Assembly (NCBI GenBank): GCA_964035545.1
Contig: CAXIUT010000177.1
Coordinates: forward strand, 1 to 52,832
Direction: 5' to 3'
From: Bugula neritina
Lineage: Eukaryota; Animalia; Bryozoa
DNA: 52,832 bases
The notes beneath the pieces are model-generated. The model had not been told where the DNA came from. It did no database searches and was given only the letters and a program-made list of their open reading frames with translations. Below are positions 1 to 13,229 of this stretch, in pieces; the first letter of the stretch is position 1, and each line of letters starts with the position of its first letter. Position numbers and translations under genes: made by a program.

Positions 1-105
1 CCCAACCCCAACCCCAACCCCAACCCCAACCCCAACCCCAACCCCAACCCCAACCCCAACCCCAACCCCAACCCCAACCCCAACCCCAACCCCAACCCCA
101 ACCCC
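1..105 (+). repeat. Telomeric repeat (CCCCAA)n, left chromosome end
   Basis: Perfect C4A2 tandem array at the window start; Tetrahymena-type oligohymenophorean telomere repeat in the correct 5'-end orientation. Confidence 0.97.
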
Positions 106-309
106 TATTTTCATATAAAATATGAAAAGAATATTAATTTTAAAATTAAAATATGATATTATGAATGTTTCAATAAAATAAATCTTGTCATAACAATCAA
201 AGAAGTCAATTTATTAAAGTAATTTGAATATTATATTCAAGACTAGGGTATTTTGTTTGGATAAAGTAAATAATTAAAAATAATTATCACTTATTAATTT
301 TATTAGTAA

Positions 310-1558
310 ATGATTCAAACATTTTCTAACTAGCCTTCAAGAACTAGAGCAAGTTCAGCTCTTGCTTTTCTTGACTTTAATCGTCCTTAAAAAGGTTCTC
401 AGTATCGTTTTAAACCTTCTCCTAACCATTTCCATCGACCCAAAGCAATTTCAGTTTCAACTGATAAAGTGCCTAACATTAACATACCTAAAATCAACAA
501 TAATCAAAATTATGAAGGTAAAAATCGTCCAAAACTATCTTTTTCAACAAAAAATCCTTAAAATAATAAGTTAAATACTTCAAGAAAGTCAAATTTTATC
601 ATGGCATCTAAAGTAAAATCAAAATGTGGACTTCAAAAAGAAGATATATTTCTAGATAAACCATCTAAAACGTTAGTTAGCTAGTAGATGAAGTAGCAAG
701 ATTTTACAAAAATAAAAAAATTAGGTAAAGGTAAATTTGGAACAGTTTGGTTAGTAATGTACATCTATATTAATGCAGCCATCGTAAAACACATCTAATT
801 TGTGCATTAAAGATAATACAGAAGTCAATAGTTAGATAATAAAAGATATCGCATCAAGTGGCGAGAGAGATCAGGATTCATAATAGTTTAAAACATGAAA
901 ATATAATCGATTTTTATGGATATTTTTCTGATAGAGATTATTTTTATTTGGTAACTGAATATGCTGTTGACGCTCATATTTATAATCAGTTGAAAACGAA
1001 AGGAAGGTTAGAGTAAGAATAAGTTAAAAATTATACCAAACAGACTGCATAAGGATTGCAATATATTCATAATAAAGGGTATATACATCGAGATATCAAA
1101 CCTTAAAATTTGCTTTTACAATTCGTATTGATATATTTATAAAGAATACGATCAAGATATGTGATTTCGGATGGGCTACTGATTGCTATTACGATATCAT
1201 GAGAACTTCGCATTGTGGAACTCCTTTATACTATTCACCATAAATTGTAAAAAATGATCCACATAATGTCAAGTTAGATGTATGGTCTTTGGGTCTTATA
1301 GCTTATGAAATGATAGTCGGAAGGGTTCCTTTTAAAGTTTGGAGCTAATTTGATCTACATATTATACTTTAGCAGGAAGTCAATGTACCATACTATATTG
1401 ATGCTTCAAAGGAGTTGAAAGATTTTGTATCGAAGTGTTTGATTAAAGATCAAAATCAAAGAGTTAGTTTAAGATAAATTAGATTTCATTAATTTTTTTA
1501 TAGTTTAAAAGAAGGATGGAATATTTCGTTATATTAAGAGGTTAATTCTCTGTTCTGA
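310..1558 (+). CDS. Aurora-like Ser/Thr protein kinase, 2 introns (759-778, 1125-1144)
   Basis: With TAR=Glu: LGKGKFGTVWL, CALK, HQVAREI, HRDIKPENLL, ICDFGW, CGTPLYYSPEI, DVWSLG; ATG at 310, TGA at 1556-1558. Confidence 0.9.
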
Positions 1559-1632
1559 TTAAAAGATTTTCAAGATAAAAATTAAATATTTGATATTTAT
1601 GTAAATATGATTAAGTTAATTAATAGATTGTT

Positions 1633-3892
1633 TCAAATCAGATCAGCTGTTTAAACTTTCTTCTTGGCTTGTGTAGGTTGAGGCTGAGTTGTTTTTGGTA
1701 CTGTAGGTTTATTAGTTTGAGGTTTAATTCCTCCAAAAAGACTATCTGCCATCTTTTGTTTAGCTTTATCTCCAGGAGCAATAAATTTCTTCTTTTATTT
1801 TTATTTAGTTGGAGATAATTCAACTGTCATAACTGGAGGTTTGACTTCTCTAGTTTAATATGTAGTATTTACGAATGGTTTTTCTTCTTTCTTTTATTCT
1901 TTTTTCTCTTATTTTCTAGATTTATATAAAAATACACTTTAAGAAATTGTTCAAAGGAAGAAGCAGCTTGTTTATTTGGATATGGCGTGAATCTTAGATC
2001 TTGTTATAAATGTTAACTTGAACTAATCTTTTTATATTATTTTGCTCCATTCATTCTTGCATTTTCTACAAACTTTTGTAGAAAAGGTAAACCATCTTGG
2101 AAACTCATTTGCATTTCTTCTGAATTCGTAAGAGCAACATTATACCTGGCTAATCTTTTTGATTCTAAATTGATATAAATATACATAGTACTCTTTGATA
2201 GAGGAGTAAATCTTCATGTTTACTGTATTTTTATAACAATTGTTTGACTTATGAATGTTTTTTGAATTATTTAGCTGATGCTAGTTTCATCATAGCATCA
2301 ATTGTCCAAGTTTTTGTACTTTGATTTTAATAATCAAATTCCAACCACTTCTTTACATCTTCAAAGAGTTCATTTAATTTTTATTCATTGCTAGCGTAAT
2401 AAGAAGCACCGATTTATCCGACTACCCAACTCACAGCTTTGATAACGAAGTCTGTTGGAACAATTTTATTAATGAGTTATATCATTTTTACGATGATTTC
2501 TTATCCAAATTAATCATGACCATGATAATTTTAAGAAACCAATTTTAAGAAATTATCAAGAACTCCTTCTGATAGATATTAACTACCAAGTTAGAAGAGT
2601 AGTTGCATGGTATCAAGATACCAGTTATGATTCGGTGAGAATCTTTCAACTATTTATGTAATTTTAAGAACAAGATCATTTCTGAAATGATGATCTGTCG
2701 AGGCATGGAGAGTATTAAGCATTTTTGAAACAATGATTTAGACGTTTTATTGGGTGGTCATTTTAAATAGAAGGTCAAGAGTCTATTTCTTAAGAGTCTA
2801 ATCTTTACTTTCAAGACATTATACGATAACTAGCTTATGATCATCAAGTAATTTAGGACTTGATTTGAGAAGTAATCCTAGAGCTTGAATTCCAAGGAAT
2901 TTCATGTTGTTGGTTGATTTGTTTTAGAGATATTTGATAAGAGCTAAAGCTGCATCATTTAATAGTGATTAATTTGGGTACAAATTAGCAATAGTTCTTA
3001 CACATTGGTAGGTAATAGAGATAGCAATGTTGTTATTGGTTTCTTCAGCTCTTCTTAAAACATGTTCTAGAACTGTATAGCAATGTTAAGATGATTTTTG
3101 ATCTCCTTTTCCTAATATCTATAGGATTTTAAGAAGTTTTATTTGAACCCAAGGAGCTGGTATTCGATGATAATCAAATTATTTTGGTAGTTTATTTTCA
3201 ACTACTTGTTTAAGAATTATGACAAAGCTGCCAGTGAGATCTTTGTATTTTCTTGGATTTTATCTAATTTATTCAAGATAGAGGTTGAGAGTAGCAGCCA
3301 TAACGCTAGGTTATCTATCACAGAGACTCTTTTTAATTTTATCTTTGTAATCTGGAATTTAAGTTCCTGTTATTTGTCTGATCTTCTGGAGCACAAGAAC
3401 AGCTTTCTTTCTTACCAAATCAGTTGTATGATTAAGAAGTTTAACTACATGTTAGTTAATTGATTGAGCAATAGTTGTATTCATGATACTACCTAGTGAT
3501 GTCAAACAAATAACAATCTCATGGACATCACCATTGGTGAGATCTTTAAGTATGGTGGCTACTAACATGATAAGGAGGTCTGAGTTGTTGTCAAAAAAGA
3601 GAGAGCAGGTAAGATATCCTATTCTTTTGAGAACGAGATTTTTGTTTTGTGTTAGGTTGATGGCATGAATGTGTGCAAAGGGTGCTGAGTGACCTAACAT
3701 TTAGATATAGAGGGCTCTAATGAGATGTTCTTTGATTTGTTTGGGTGATAAGTTTTTTTCTGAGAGTTTTCCTTTGAGCATGGATAGTTCATTGAGAATA
3801 ATTCTGTCCTATTCTTGTTTGGATTTGGTTTATCCGATTCTTTTGATGAGTTCTTTCAAATCTTTGGAGAGATGAGAAGATGATGTGCTCAT
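1633..3892 (-). CDS. AP4E1: AP-4 adaptor complex epsilon subunit (adaptin N-terminal trunk), introns at 1916-1935 and 2165-2184
   Basis: MSTSSSHLSKDLKELIKRIGETKSKQEEDRII; YIEMLGHSAPFAHIHAINL; KRIGYL; LPKEFDYHRIPAPWVQI, all typical of epsilon-adaptin. Confidence 0.88.
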
Positions 3893-4048
3893 TATTTATC
3901 TATTATGTCAGAGCTATTAATTCCAACCATTTAAAAAATCAAATCTAACAAGATATTCAATCAAATTAAAAAATTTGATATTTTTAACTATGATTTGATT
4001 TTTTATCAAGAAGAAAGATATTTGATTAGTATTTATAAATTATAGTAA

Positions 4049-6046
4049 ATGAAGTTGAATTAAGAAAGTAGTTCTACATCAATATATCTGTAACAGATTC
4101 AGAATCATATTGATTTCGGTGATGGTTATCATAAAATTCGTCTTTTTCTTTTCAAGGAATTGTACATGCTTGATGGAAACAATCCAGCTGTAGATGATAA
4201 GCTGTAAATATATTGTAAAATAGTGCTTAAACAATCGTTATAAAGTTGGCTAATTCAATCAATACAAATGTTAATTTCCATCAAAGTTAAAAAATAAAAA
4301 GAACTCTAGAAGTAATAGTTAAAATAAATAGATCATTTCTGATTTTCTTACATATACTGAACCGATAATGACACCTGCTATGCATACTTAATTGTTTATT
4401 TCGTCTTTGATTGCAATAGTTGTGGTAGATATCTTGATATTTAGCCTAAAATAATTACCTTTAATTCATTATTAGATCAGTAATGTAGAAAAATAGCATC
4501 AGGTATCTTAGCTTTTTGGTTTTAAACCTATGGAAGATAATAGAATACTAACTATTAGATGTTTATTGAAGCTTATAAGTATCTGAGATAAAAAAAATTA
4601 GCAATTCCTCCAAATAATATTCGACCTGTACCAAACTATAAAGAAGAAATTCTGGCATAAAAAGGAGATAAAGAAGTATCTAAAGAATAGGTTGTCAATA
4701 AAACAGCTGTTATTCTCTAAGATATTGAGGATTTTACCAATAAAACATAATTTTCACTGAAAGATAGTATAAAAAGTATTGCAACTACATAGTATGTAAG
4801 GTTAATAAAGCATAAATCAAAGGTATTATTTGAATTTACTCAAAAAGGATCAAATATAACTGATAAGTAAAAGAATAAGGTGAAAGATCTTTATAAAAGA
4901 TTAAGAACTGTCCTTAAAGATATTGATAAATATAATCAAAATAAAGTACAATCAAAAGTATCAGTTTCTGAAGAGCAATAATATGTATAAAAGAAAATAA
5001 CTCCTAAGAAAAAATCAAAAGCTATTGAACCTCTTTTATAATAAAAGAAAACATCTCAGAAATAAGTCAAAGAAAAAGCAGCTGAAATAGATTTATTGAA
5101 TATTATTGAACCAGCTCCTGAACCAGTTAATAAACCTCTCATTGAATAAAAAAAGTAAAGCATGAAGAAAGTAGTTTCAGCATAAATGGATTTGTTGGAC
5201 ATGAATTTAGGTATTGAGAAAAAAAATGTCTCAACTCCTGAAAAAATTATAAATATAGAAACAAATTAAAAGAAAATATAATCAAAGAATACTTCTAATT
5301 TAGTAGATTTATTAAATGATGATTTATTTACTTCACCTAAAAAATAAACAAAAAAATAATAAGAGGATTAATTTGTAGACGGAATAATACTTGATAACAA
5401 TGTTAAAACAGTTATTTCTCAATAATAATAAAATAAATCTAGTATTAAAGAACTTTAGAATATTTTTACTCCAAAAAAATAAAAATCAATAGAATAAAGT
5501 GATAAATTTATTAAAAGTAATTCAAATTATAGTCTATAAAATAGTCCTATATTTGACAACGATGATAAAGGAGATAAATATGGCGTTATTCCTCAAAAAG
5601 TGAATGAATGTAATAATTCTTCAGATGAATAATAGGAAATAAAGCCTAAATAAGGAAGTGGTTTTAGTTTTATGGGTTTGTTTGGAAATAAATAAAATAA
5701 TATTGTTCAAGAAGGAGGGCTTTTCTAATAAAACAAACTTTATGATGACCTTCCCAGTACTATGTAAAAACCTGAACCTCAACCTAAAACATAAACTAGT
5801 AAAATACAGGATGCATATAAAGCATTTTCTTTACTTGATGAAGAGAATTTTGTTCCTCTTTAACCTATAAAACCAGCCAAGCCAGTAGACTACAGCAAAT
5901 ATGTCATGCAAGAGCCAACTATATAAGAAGATGAGGATCACCATTTTGAGTCTAAAGAGGAATTTAAAAATTTGGTTTAAGTAAATTTCGATAATAAGTC
6001 ACCGAGTAAGTAGTAAGGTGAACTTCTTTAAAATAATGATGAATGA
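4049..6046 (+). CDS. VHS-domain (TOM1/GGA-like) trafficking protein with low-complexity tail
   Basis: ILAFWFETYG...FIEAYKYLREKKLAIP resembles the VHS C-terminal helices; the tail has repeated DLL motifs (IDLL, MDLL, VDLL); at least one frameshift. Confidence 0.55.
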
Positions 6047-6065
6047 TAATTGAGTAGATGATAAA

Positions 6066-7208
6066 TCAATTTTATGTTTATTATAACATAGTGTTTATTT
6101 ATGTTAATTCATTATTAATTGAATTTTTATCCGTTTTTTATGTTATTTCATATCCTTTATCATCTTCTAGTTATGGTTTTTATATTATTTTTTTTGCTCT
6201 AGGTATTCTTTTTTGGGATTTTGCTTTTTCTATTTTTATTCTTTGGTTGTATCTGATTTGCTTTCCGAAAGATGCTTGTCTTTATCTCACATTTTTTTGA
6301 TATTATTTCTGCTTTTAATTGTTTTTCTTTCTTTAAATTTATTCTTAATGTATCTTTTAAAGAAAAGAAGTAACTCTTGATTATTTATGATCTTTTTTAA
6401 CTGGTTCTTCAATATTTGTCAATAAAACTTCTTTGATTTCTTAGTTATTCTAATTAGTTTGATATTGTTTCAAGTAGATATCAGGGAGACTGACTTTGAA
6501 TGAGTGTATTTATTTTATGACTTGGTTTGATGCTCTGTTGAGACGATCTCTTTCTAGAGCTTTTAATTTACGTTGTTCGATTCTTTTTTCAATTTATAGT
6601 TTTTTTTTGAGTTGTTATTATTTTTTAAGTTAATCAAGTTATCTAAATTTTTGAAGTGATTCTTATACATTTTTTTTGAGGACAAGAGTTTATTTTATTT
6701 TTTTATTTTCTATTTATTTTCTTTGTTTATTCATTTTTTCGATAAGTTTGGTTGCTTTTTAATAATTTTAAGTCTATGTTTGTATTTATGTTCTATTTCT
6801 TTTCATCTTTTCAATATGATTACTTTTACTTTTATTTTTCATCTACATATCAACTTATTTAAGCTCATTCATAAGCTTTTATCTTTTAAGTTGTAGTTAT
6901 TTGGCTTATATTTCATTTATATTATTTGTACTTTTTCTTGTAAGTCCTGTTTTGATAGAATGTACTCTTTTATGTTACGTCTTATTACGTTCTACTCTTA
7001 TTTTTTACTGTCTTGACCTTGATAAGTTATTAAGACCTTTGTTTAATGAAGGTAAGTCATCATTTAGATACTTTCTTTTCAAGTCTTGTATACTTTTAGA
7101 AGTAGTAATTTACCTTCCAGTTCTATCAATTAACTTTTTTTCCATGATTTATAGAGTAATAGAGGTTTTTTACTTAATAGCTTTGATGAAGGCACTGAGT
7201 TTAAACAT
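6066..7208 (-). CDS. Hypothetical charged coiled-coil protein
   Basis: K/E/R-rich reading frame under TAR=Glu from ATG 7208 (or 7145) to TGA near 6066. Confidence 0.6.
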
Positions 7209-7268
7209 ATAGATAATAAAATTATATAACAAATGAAAACTATTTACAATAATGAAACATTTTAAATA

Positions 7269-8617
7269 TCAAAATATCTATCTAATCAATTTAAAGATAT
7301 TTTTGTAATATCTTTTAACATGTTTATTTATCCCTATTCCCCTACAATGCTTTCATCAATCTAAATATTCTATGTTTATTTTATACACTAGAGATCGTAT
7401 GATAGAGGACTTGATTACCAATAAAACTTTCTTTAGATTTTGCTTTATCCTTATTCAATGACTCTGTTTGATGTAACTCTTGATTCTATTGGTATTTGAG
7501 TTAAAGCTGTTTCATTAGTCTGTGATTCTTAGGGACTACTATTAGTTTAATTTTGTTAAATAGATGTAGTTGCTTCCTAAGAACTGATGCTACTTTACCT
7601 GATATGACGGTTTGATTAGGTATTATTTTTCCAAATAAAATAATTTTTAACTAGGATTTAATTTTATGGACATCTTTAACTTAATCCATCAATATATTAG
7701 GTTTATTAGTTATTTTAATATAGTTCAGGGTATGATAATGAATCTTCTTGCATGGTTTGATTGATTTAAATTGATTAATTATTTCTCATATTGATAGATT
7801 ATAGCCATCTTTATGAGAGATCACTTTTCATTCTTTTATTCTTATTAAAATATGATAAAGATGTTGATTAATTATTTATTTTTAGTGATATTTATTTATG
7901 TTTTATTTTATTTTTTTATTTTTGTTATGGACATTAACTAATTATTATTTTAGGTTTTTTTATTGTAGTTTATATATCAGTTGTTATTTGATTTTATTTA
8001 TCTTTTATTGATTGATTAAGTTAGTTATTATTTGATTTTTTATCATTGATTTTGACTTGAGAAGCTTCATTACTTTTCTGTATTATCTATATAAATTTTC
8101 CTAAATACTAACTACTTTAATCCAAACTAATTCTACTTTGCTATTTCATGAGTCTAACTTTAGACCAATGTTATTTAGGTGTTTCTATCGTTTAATGCTG
8201 TACTTTACTATTATTTTTAGATATTTGATGTTTATTTGATTTGACTGTTAGTTCAATATGATCGATGATGGCATTCATTTAATGTTTTGATAGGTTTGCT
8301 ATTCCTGTTTTGGGTGGAATAGTGTTAAAAGGTTCAATTAGTATTTCACATTGGCACATTAAATTTATTAATTTTGCATAATTATTTCTGTTTCTTTTCC
8401 ATATTGAGTTCACTATTATTCTGTCTAGTTCCTAGATCCATTTGTTGAGTCGAAGTTTTACTATTTTGGGAAGATGTTGATAGAACTCACTATTAAAAAT
8501 GTCATCTCTTAGTTAAACATACTATATATCGAGGCGGTATGATCGGTTGGTTTGAGTGGTTGGTTGTGGGTCTTGGTCTTTCTTTCTAGGTTGAGGTTTT
8601 TTATCTTTTTAGGGCAT
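7269..8617 (-). CDS. DUF4485 (CEP112/CCDC46 N-terminal-like) coiled-coil protein
   Basis: KLRLNKWIEEL...WKRNRNNYAKLINLM...EPFNTIPP matches the DUF4485 pattern and is followed by coiled coil; 3' end approximate. Confidence 0.65.
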
Positions 8618-8798
8618 ATATTACTATCTAACGAATTAATAATAATAAAATTAATGTTCATATTGATGAATAATATTGTGGATATTTGTAAATATAAAAA
8701 TATCATCAGCTTTCTTCTCTTGTTTTATCAATACTTTATGCAAATATTAGTAATATAGTTAATACAAAATATGAAAGAAGTAAAATTAAAAATAAAAA

Positions 8799-9314
8799 TC
8801 ACTCACACCATAGTTGTTCTTCTGTTTTTATAATCTAGTTCATTATTTGTTTCATTTAAATTTATTGGATCTTATTAAGTCGTCTATATTCAACACTAGA
8901 AAGCTCTTGAGAATATTGGGTCTTCTAAGTTTTATGTTTTTTCTAAAGCTTCCTGTACTCTTTAAGAAGTTTAGCGAGAGTCTTATTCAATTCTTTTTTA
9001 GTTGGAAACTATTAAGACTTCTTCAGAAGACAAAGTTCAGTAGATTTTTGTTTCATACTCCAAAATAAAGGATTACTGCCATAGTATTCTTCATTTGGAA
9101 CTATTTACTAAATAGCTCCACTTGTAGTGTCAGCTTAGCTTATTCTTTTTGATTTTTTTGAAAGGTCCTCTTTAAGAGGAAGGTTTTTCTTCTTCTGTGA
9201 GTGGGTTTTATGAAGAAGAATAGTAGTGGAATTACTGCTTTTATTTTTCCTTAGACTTTTGTCTTTTGGGACTTGGCTTTTGGAAGTAGGTCTTTTTCTT
9301 TGGGGAGATGTCAT
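8799..9314 (-). CDS. Hypothetical basic protein with C-terminal coiled coil
   Basis: Frame MTSPQRKRPTS...EEQLWCE-TGA under TAR=Glu. Confidence 0.6.
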
Positions 9315-9889
9315 TTTTGTTTGTAAAACGATATTATATGAACAATTAAATTTGGCATATTACATATAATAAATCAAATTACTGATAAATAATATCATTG
9401 ATTGTATTGACTTAGAATTAGAGCAACGAAAAGATAATTTGTCATTATTCATTGATAAAAGTTCATATTGTTTTCGATATTTCAAAAGCTTTAAATTTGA
9501 CAAAATATTACTTCTTATTGAAATTTCGTAAAGTGATAAAAAGGAGTAGAATCATTAAAGCAATTAACTATCAAATGTTCAAAATAAAATTCATTTCAAA
9601 AAAGATAAATTATAAAAGAGCATTATTTAAGGTTTATTCTTCCAAAATTATTTTATCGTCAATACTATGATTAATTTCATTTAACTCTAAGATGATATTC
9701 AACTTTTTAAAGTTAATTTTCCTTTAAAAGCTTATATATACTTATGGAAAATGTGATTTTATCTAATCATCAAGATAATTTACTCTTTTAATGGTTTTGG
9801 AAATGAAAAGTAATTGATTTAGAATATTTGCGATCTTCTTATTTGAATAATAATTTAAAAAATACCTAAATTCAAGTTTAGAAAATCAA

Positions 9890-10540
9890 ATGGCAGGTAT
9901 TTCTGACTAACAAAGTATTTTATAATATTTAATTATAATGAAAGAAATCGATGAACTTCGTCGAAGTTTCTTAAAAGTGTCTAGACAACCTTCCTCTACT
10001 TCCAAGAGATATCTACTTTAAGGTTTGAAAGAAAGATTACTTGAACTTCAAAAACCATTAAAAGAAGAAAACATATCAATTAACGAAAAGTCTTAAATAA
10101 CTGATACAAACTGCAGTAATAACACTCAAATAAGTCTAATTTCATCTAAACTATTGAGATAGTTAAAAAGTTAAAACAGAATACTACCTAGCAGTCTAAC
10201 AGGTAATGATTAACTGCTATAAATGTAGGATAGAATAATAGGTAAGCAGAAGATAAAGTTTACAATAAATGAGTAGATATAAAAAAGAGAGTAAGAATAT
10301 TTATAAAAACAAGGAGAAATTGTCCATATGCAAGAGCAAATATATCGGCTGTAAAAATAAATAAGCAAAAAAACATTTAATATTTCTAAATAATCAATTT
10401 AGGAAGAATAGCAGAATGAAGGGACATCACTTTTTGGCTAAAATATATTTTGTTTTTTTCTAGGTTGATATTATACTATCTAACTGCTATTCTGATTGTA
10501 GTATTATTTGCTATATTGATTGTACTGTTATTAAATAAAT
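9890..10540 (+). CDS. Hypothetical coiled-coil protein with C-terminal hydrophobic segment (possibly tail-anchored)
   Basis: MAGISDEQS...MKEIDELRRSF...; ILYYLTAILIVVLFAILIVLLL near 10470-10535, reached after a probable homopolymer indel; both ends uncertain. Confidence 0.45.
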
Positions 10541-11410
10541 CATTTTTTTTCATTTTTCTTGCCATGTTTGATCCATATGTACATAATTATTGAATATTTG
10601 ATGAATACTTTAATCATGAATAGTATAAGTATAATGGGAGAAGCTACTAATATTTATATTGTTCTTGTATTCATCTTTTATCTAAGTCTTATTTGTTAGA
10701 TTGTGCATTCTGGATAATTTGTTTTGAGGATATTGTAGTAACTTCCAAAGTTATCTACATATCCTTTTTAAAGGGCTTATTATCCAAGAAGCGTGTCTGG
10801 AGCTTAGCTTGGTAGTTATTTTCCTTTGGTTATTTTTCTATGTTAGATTGATTAGTTGTAGATTCTTTGGGCTATTTATGACAGTTTAGAGTTAAAATAC
10901 TTGGCTGTGTTTACTGATGTGTATGAATCCAAAAATGTACCAATGACATTTGGATCTGTTTTGTATGTTGTTTTTTATATTCCTATGTTAGATAGGAATT
11001 GTTCTGTTGAGAAGTGTTTCTCTCCTCTTTATAGTTGAAGAACGGTTGATGGCATTGAGTAGAGTTCATCAGCTTTTGATAATAGATAGTAAGATTCTTT
11101 TATAGAATAAATAGATACATAGGGTGACATTACCATGGCAGAATCCATAGAGTTTAAGAGAGTATTTTTATTTGATTTAATCAATAAATTATGATATTTT
11201 ATCTATCTGCACGGGCATATGATTATTGATTTCGATAACCATACCGAATGCTTTGGCGTTATTGTAGTTTACTTTTTCTAATTTTTTCAATAAATTGACT
11301 GTTCTTTATTGATTTAAGGAATTGTTGATTATTAAGAGAGGTATCGTAGGTTTTTTCCACAATTGAAATATCATAAATTTAATCTAATTTACTTTATATA
11401 AATTGAACAT
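10540..11410 (-). CDS. Peptidase S49 (SppA/SohB)-like protein, possibly degenerate
   Basis: KAFGMVIEINN; SYYLLSKADELYSMPSTV; NIGIEKTTYKT; LLGEEALEKGYVDNFG resemble S49 blocks. Confidence 0.55.
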
Positions 11411-11655
11411 ATTTTTAGGCTTAATATAGCTAATAATTGTATTTTTGATTATTTTAAGTCTTCCTTTTTAAACTTGAATTGATAAGATTTTATAAATAAT
11501 ACTTTCAAGATTAGTAAATAAGTATAAAGAAGGAATTCAGAAAGGTAGTTGTATATTTAAAATTGATTTAAATCAAATAAGATGATTATCTGATGAATCT
11601 AAATTTGAATCTCAGTAATTATTGAATTATACCTTACGATTTTGTTTATATTGAA

Positions 11656-11766
11656 GGGGTTGGGGTTGGGGTTGGGGTTGGGGTTGGGGTTGGGGTTGGG
11701 GTTGGGGTTGGGGTTGGGGTTGGGGTTGGGGTTGGGGTTGGGGTTGGGGTTGGGGTTGGGGTTGGG
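11656..11766 (+). repeat. Telomeric repeat (GGGGTT)n tract 1
   Basis: About 110 nt of G4T2, ending TTGGG. Confidence 0.97.
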
Positions 11767-13182
11767 TCAAACAATCATAGAACTCTTAATCCTTAAGTAC
11801 CTCAATCTAATTCTTTATCAGTACCAACCAATAACTTTGTATTCTAACCTGAACTATCTTTTTTTACTTCCTAAAAACCAAAATAAAAATAGCCTTCGAT
11901 ACTACTGCATCAAGAAGAACCTGTGAAATTGGAACAAATCAATATTCAGCATTAAGATAAATAACAAAATTTAAAACCACAAATATTAGAATCTTAATCT
12001 TAAAAGTCAAAATCAGTCATTGCAGAGAGAGTAAATAAATCAAGATATTCTATAACTAAAAATTGGAGATATACTTCAAATCATCATGATCAAAAATCTT
12101 TGAATATCAGAAATATTTAGCATAAATCATTGAATCTTGGAGAGGATAAGTTATCTTAGTCTAAACTAGCAGAAAATAAGCGAGCAAAAAAATATCATTT
12201 TAATACTCCAGTGTCATAAAAACTTAATGAGCTTCAAGAATCATTGAAAAAACATCATCAAGATGATTAGGAATAAAATAATCTACTATAAAATAAATTT
12301 ACTAAAACTCTTATCAGATCAAGATTGACTTCTACTCTTCAAAAATTCAAAGAAACTAAGTCTAAAGAAGAGTAAACAATAAAACAGCCCAGATATAATT
12401 TTATTAAACCTAAAAAGTAAAATTAAACATTTCATACAGATAAAAATTAAAGCAAAATAATATTTGATCATCTTAAAGGAAAGGCTTCATCTTTGCGTTC
12501 TTAAAGAATATACAAAAAATCAGTGCCTCAAGAATCTTAATCAGTGGATTAATAATTTTCAACTATTTTTAGAAATAATGAGGTGCCTAAAGTATCTGAT
12601 CAGGAGGAGTAAATTATTCCTATTAGTTATTTTTAACCTAAATAAAAAAATATCGAAAGAATAACTATTTCCTACAAGACAACTTTACTTGAGTTAAAAT
12701 AAATATGTCTGAGATAAGATATCTAGGAACAAGATGTTGTTCTTATGATACCTGAACCTTTATCTAAACCTTTATTCGATGAGGAGAAAGGATAAAATTA
12801 GACATTCAAGTTGGCTAGAAAGCTTGTTGGTCAGTTGTGTATTTCATATACTACTATCAATATTAAAAAATATACTAACTGTATCATCATTGTGTTGGGA
12901 CAGATCGCTATTGTGTGTCACTTTGGAGGGAAAGTCTATATAGGTGGATGGAGTTGTGGAAATAAAGTAGGACTGGGGCTTTAGTGGTACCCTGATCACT
13001 ATATTTACTATGGGTAGTTCAAAAATAATAAGAAAAATGGAGTAGGGATTTATAAAGGTTCTGGAGATTAGATAGCTGCAGGACTGTGGAAAAACAATGC
13101 TTTTGAAGGAAATTTACTTGATGTAACTGATAGAAGCAGACAAAAGTATAGTGAGAGATCATCTAAGATCACAAATAGCTGA
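11767..13182 (+). CDS. MORN-repeat protein, 5'-truncated at the telomere junction
   Basis: [30 protein letters not shown] and [10 protein letters not shown] near 12930-13110; coding-like sequence begins right after the G-tract with no ATG; TGA at 13180-13182. Confidence 0.7.
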
Positions 13183-13229
13183 TAATCCATTATATTAATA
13201 ATTTAAATATAGAGAACAAATAATAACAA

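Noticed and set aside
1104-1243. UAR=Gln (table 6) or a split UAA=Lys/UAG=Glu code
   Set aside because: TAA sits at the invariant APE/SPE and CRERW glutamates, which fit neither Gln nor Lys
11642-11926. ORF-track proteins with GLGLGL or GWGWGW repeats (also 24350-24568)
   Set aside because: They are translations of telomeric G4T2 repeats, not genes
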